DNA from: Candidatus Iainarchaeum sp. | GTDB lineage: Archaea; Iainarchaeota; Iainarchaeia; Iainarchaeales; JAAZKV01 | Reading direction: 5' to 3' | Assembly: GCA_018651445.1 (NCBI GenBank) | Contig: JABIDZ010000089.1 | Span: forward strand, 1 to 32,121 | DNA: 32,121 nt | Shown here: in pieces, positions 31,714-32,121 of the stretch | Numbering within the stretch: position 1 is the first letter of the stretch | How the letters are laid out: the number at the start of each line of letters is the position of its first letter | The notes under the pieces: generated by a model | Database searches by the model: none | Seen by the model: the letters and a program-made list of their open reading frames with translations, nothing else | Told to the model about the DNA's origin: nothing | Position numbers and translations under genes: made by a program

Positions 31714-31727
31714 GGAAAGCTTTTTTA
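31701..31727. terminator. Hairpin plus T6 between convergent genes
   Basis: aggctttc tctagg gaaagctt gives a 6-8 bp stem, followed by tttttt. Confidence 0.45.
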
Positions 31728-32121
31728 CATTCCAAAGCTTAGGAAAAAGAAGATAACTAGTATTATTGATCCAACAATTAAGAGGATTAATAATATTCCT
31801 ATTGCGCTGATTATGAATTCTCCGATTCCGCGAGACACTTTTTCATCGGGTTCTTCAAGAGAATAATCGGGCACTATTTCTGGTTCGCGTATTTCTATCT
31901 TTGGTTTTCGTATCTCTACTTTAATCTTTTTCTTTACTTTCTTTTTTATTTCTCTAACAAAATCGCTTGGCCAAGGCTCTTCTATCTTTTTTGGATTCAA
32001 CCAATCAAGTTGCCAATTAAGTGGTTTTGTAATAAAGTCGCTTGGTAATGGTTTTTCAATTTTTTCATATTCTAACCACGGAATTTTTATGTCTTGGTAT
32101 GGATTTGCTTTTGATTTTCTA
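31725..32121 (-). CDS. C-terminally anchored protein with short P[WL]PSDF repeats (CDS open to the window end)
   Basis: The frame stays open from 32120 down to the stop at 31725. Hand translation upstream of the ORF-track start (a TTG) gives ...IPWLEYEKIEKPLPSDFITKPLNWQLDWLNPKKIEEPWPSDFV... C-terminal TM IISAIGILLILLIVGSIILVIFFFL. Confidence 0.5.
   Translation of the reverse strand, partial: RKSKANPYQDIKIPWLEYEKIEKPLPSDFITKPLNWQLDWLNPKKIEEPWPSDFVREIKKKVKKKIKVEIRKPKIEIREPEIVPDYSLEEPDEKVSRGIGEFIISAIGILLILLIVGSIILVIFFFLSFGM

Overview
AT-rich archaeal chromosomal segment, roughly one third G+C by eye. Its style fits a small-genome, DPANN-like archaeon: compact spacing, a stand-alone 5S rRNA, TATA-type promoters, both leaderless and SD-led genes, and many secreted Cys-rich proteins.

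Housekeeping content:
- Left part: ferredoxin, a PfkB sugar kinase, 5S rRNA, a B12-binding radical SAM enzyme next to a DUF4430 lipoprotein, TBP, a DUF1003 membrane protein and FtsZ.
- Centre: the conserved secE-spt5-L11-L1-P0(L10)-P1(L12) cluster, an ATPase-less Lon-type (S16) membrane protease and ribosomal protein L44e.
- Right edge: tRNA-Ser(UGA) and desulfoferrodoxin.

Accessory or unusual content:
1. A 989-aa protein has SMC-type ATPase heads, no visible hinge, and a central CPVC zinc-hook-like motif.
2. A 1100-aa HerA/FtsK-family ATPase carries two poly-acidic inserts and a C-terminal wHTH-like region.
3. A 1187-aa anchored surface protein combines a clan GH-A-like domain with eight 4-Cys modules.
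4. A ~3.2 kb tRNA-Ser-linked islet is bounded by a duplicate of the tRNA 3' end. It carries Fic, an M64-like metallopeptidase and a secreted protein.
5. The ferredoxin gene 3' end is duplicated around a 107-nt structured insert.
6. Other items are a coupled MazG/HAD-nucleotidase pair, several candidate small RNAs or leaders, and a 44-codon ORF coupled to desulfoferrodoxin.

No CRISPR array, transposase, integrase or reverse transcriptase was seen. All family calls rest on motif recognition by eye, not on searches.
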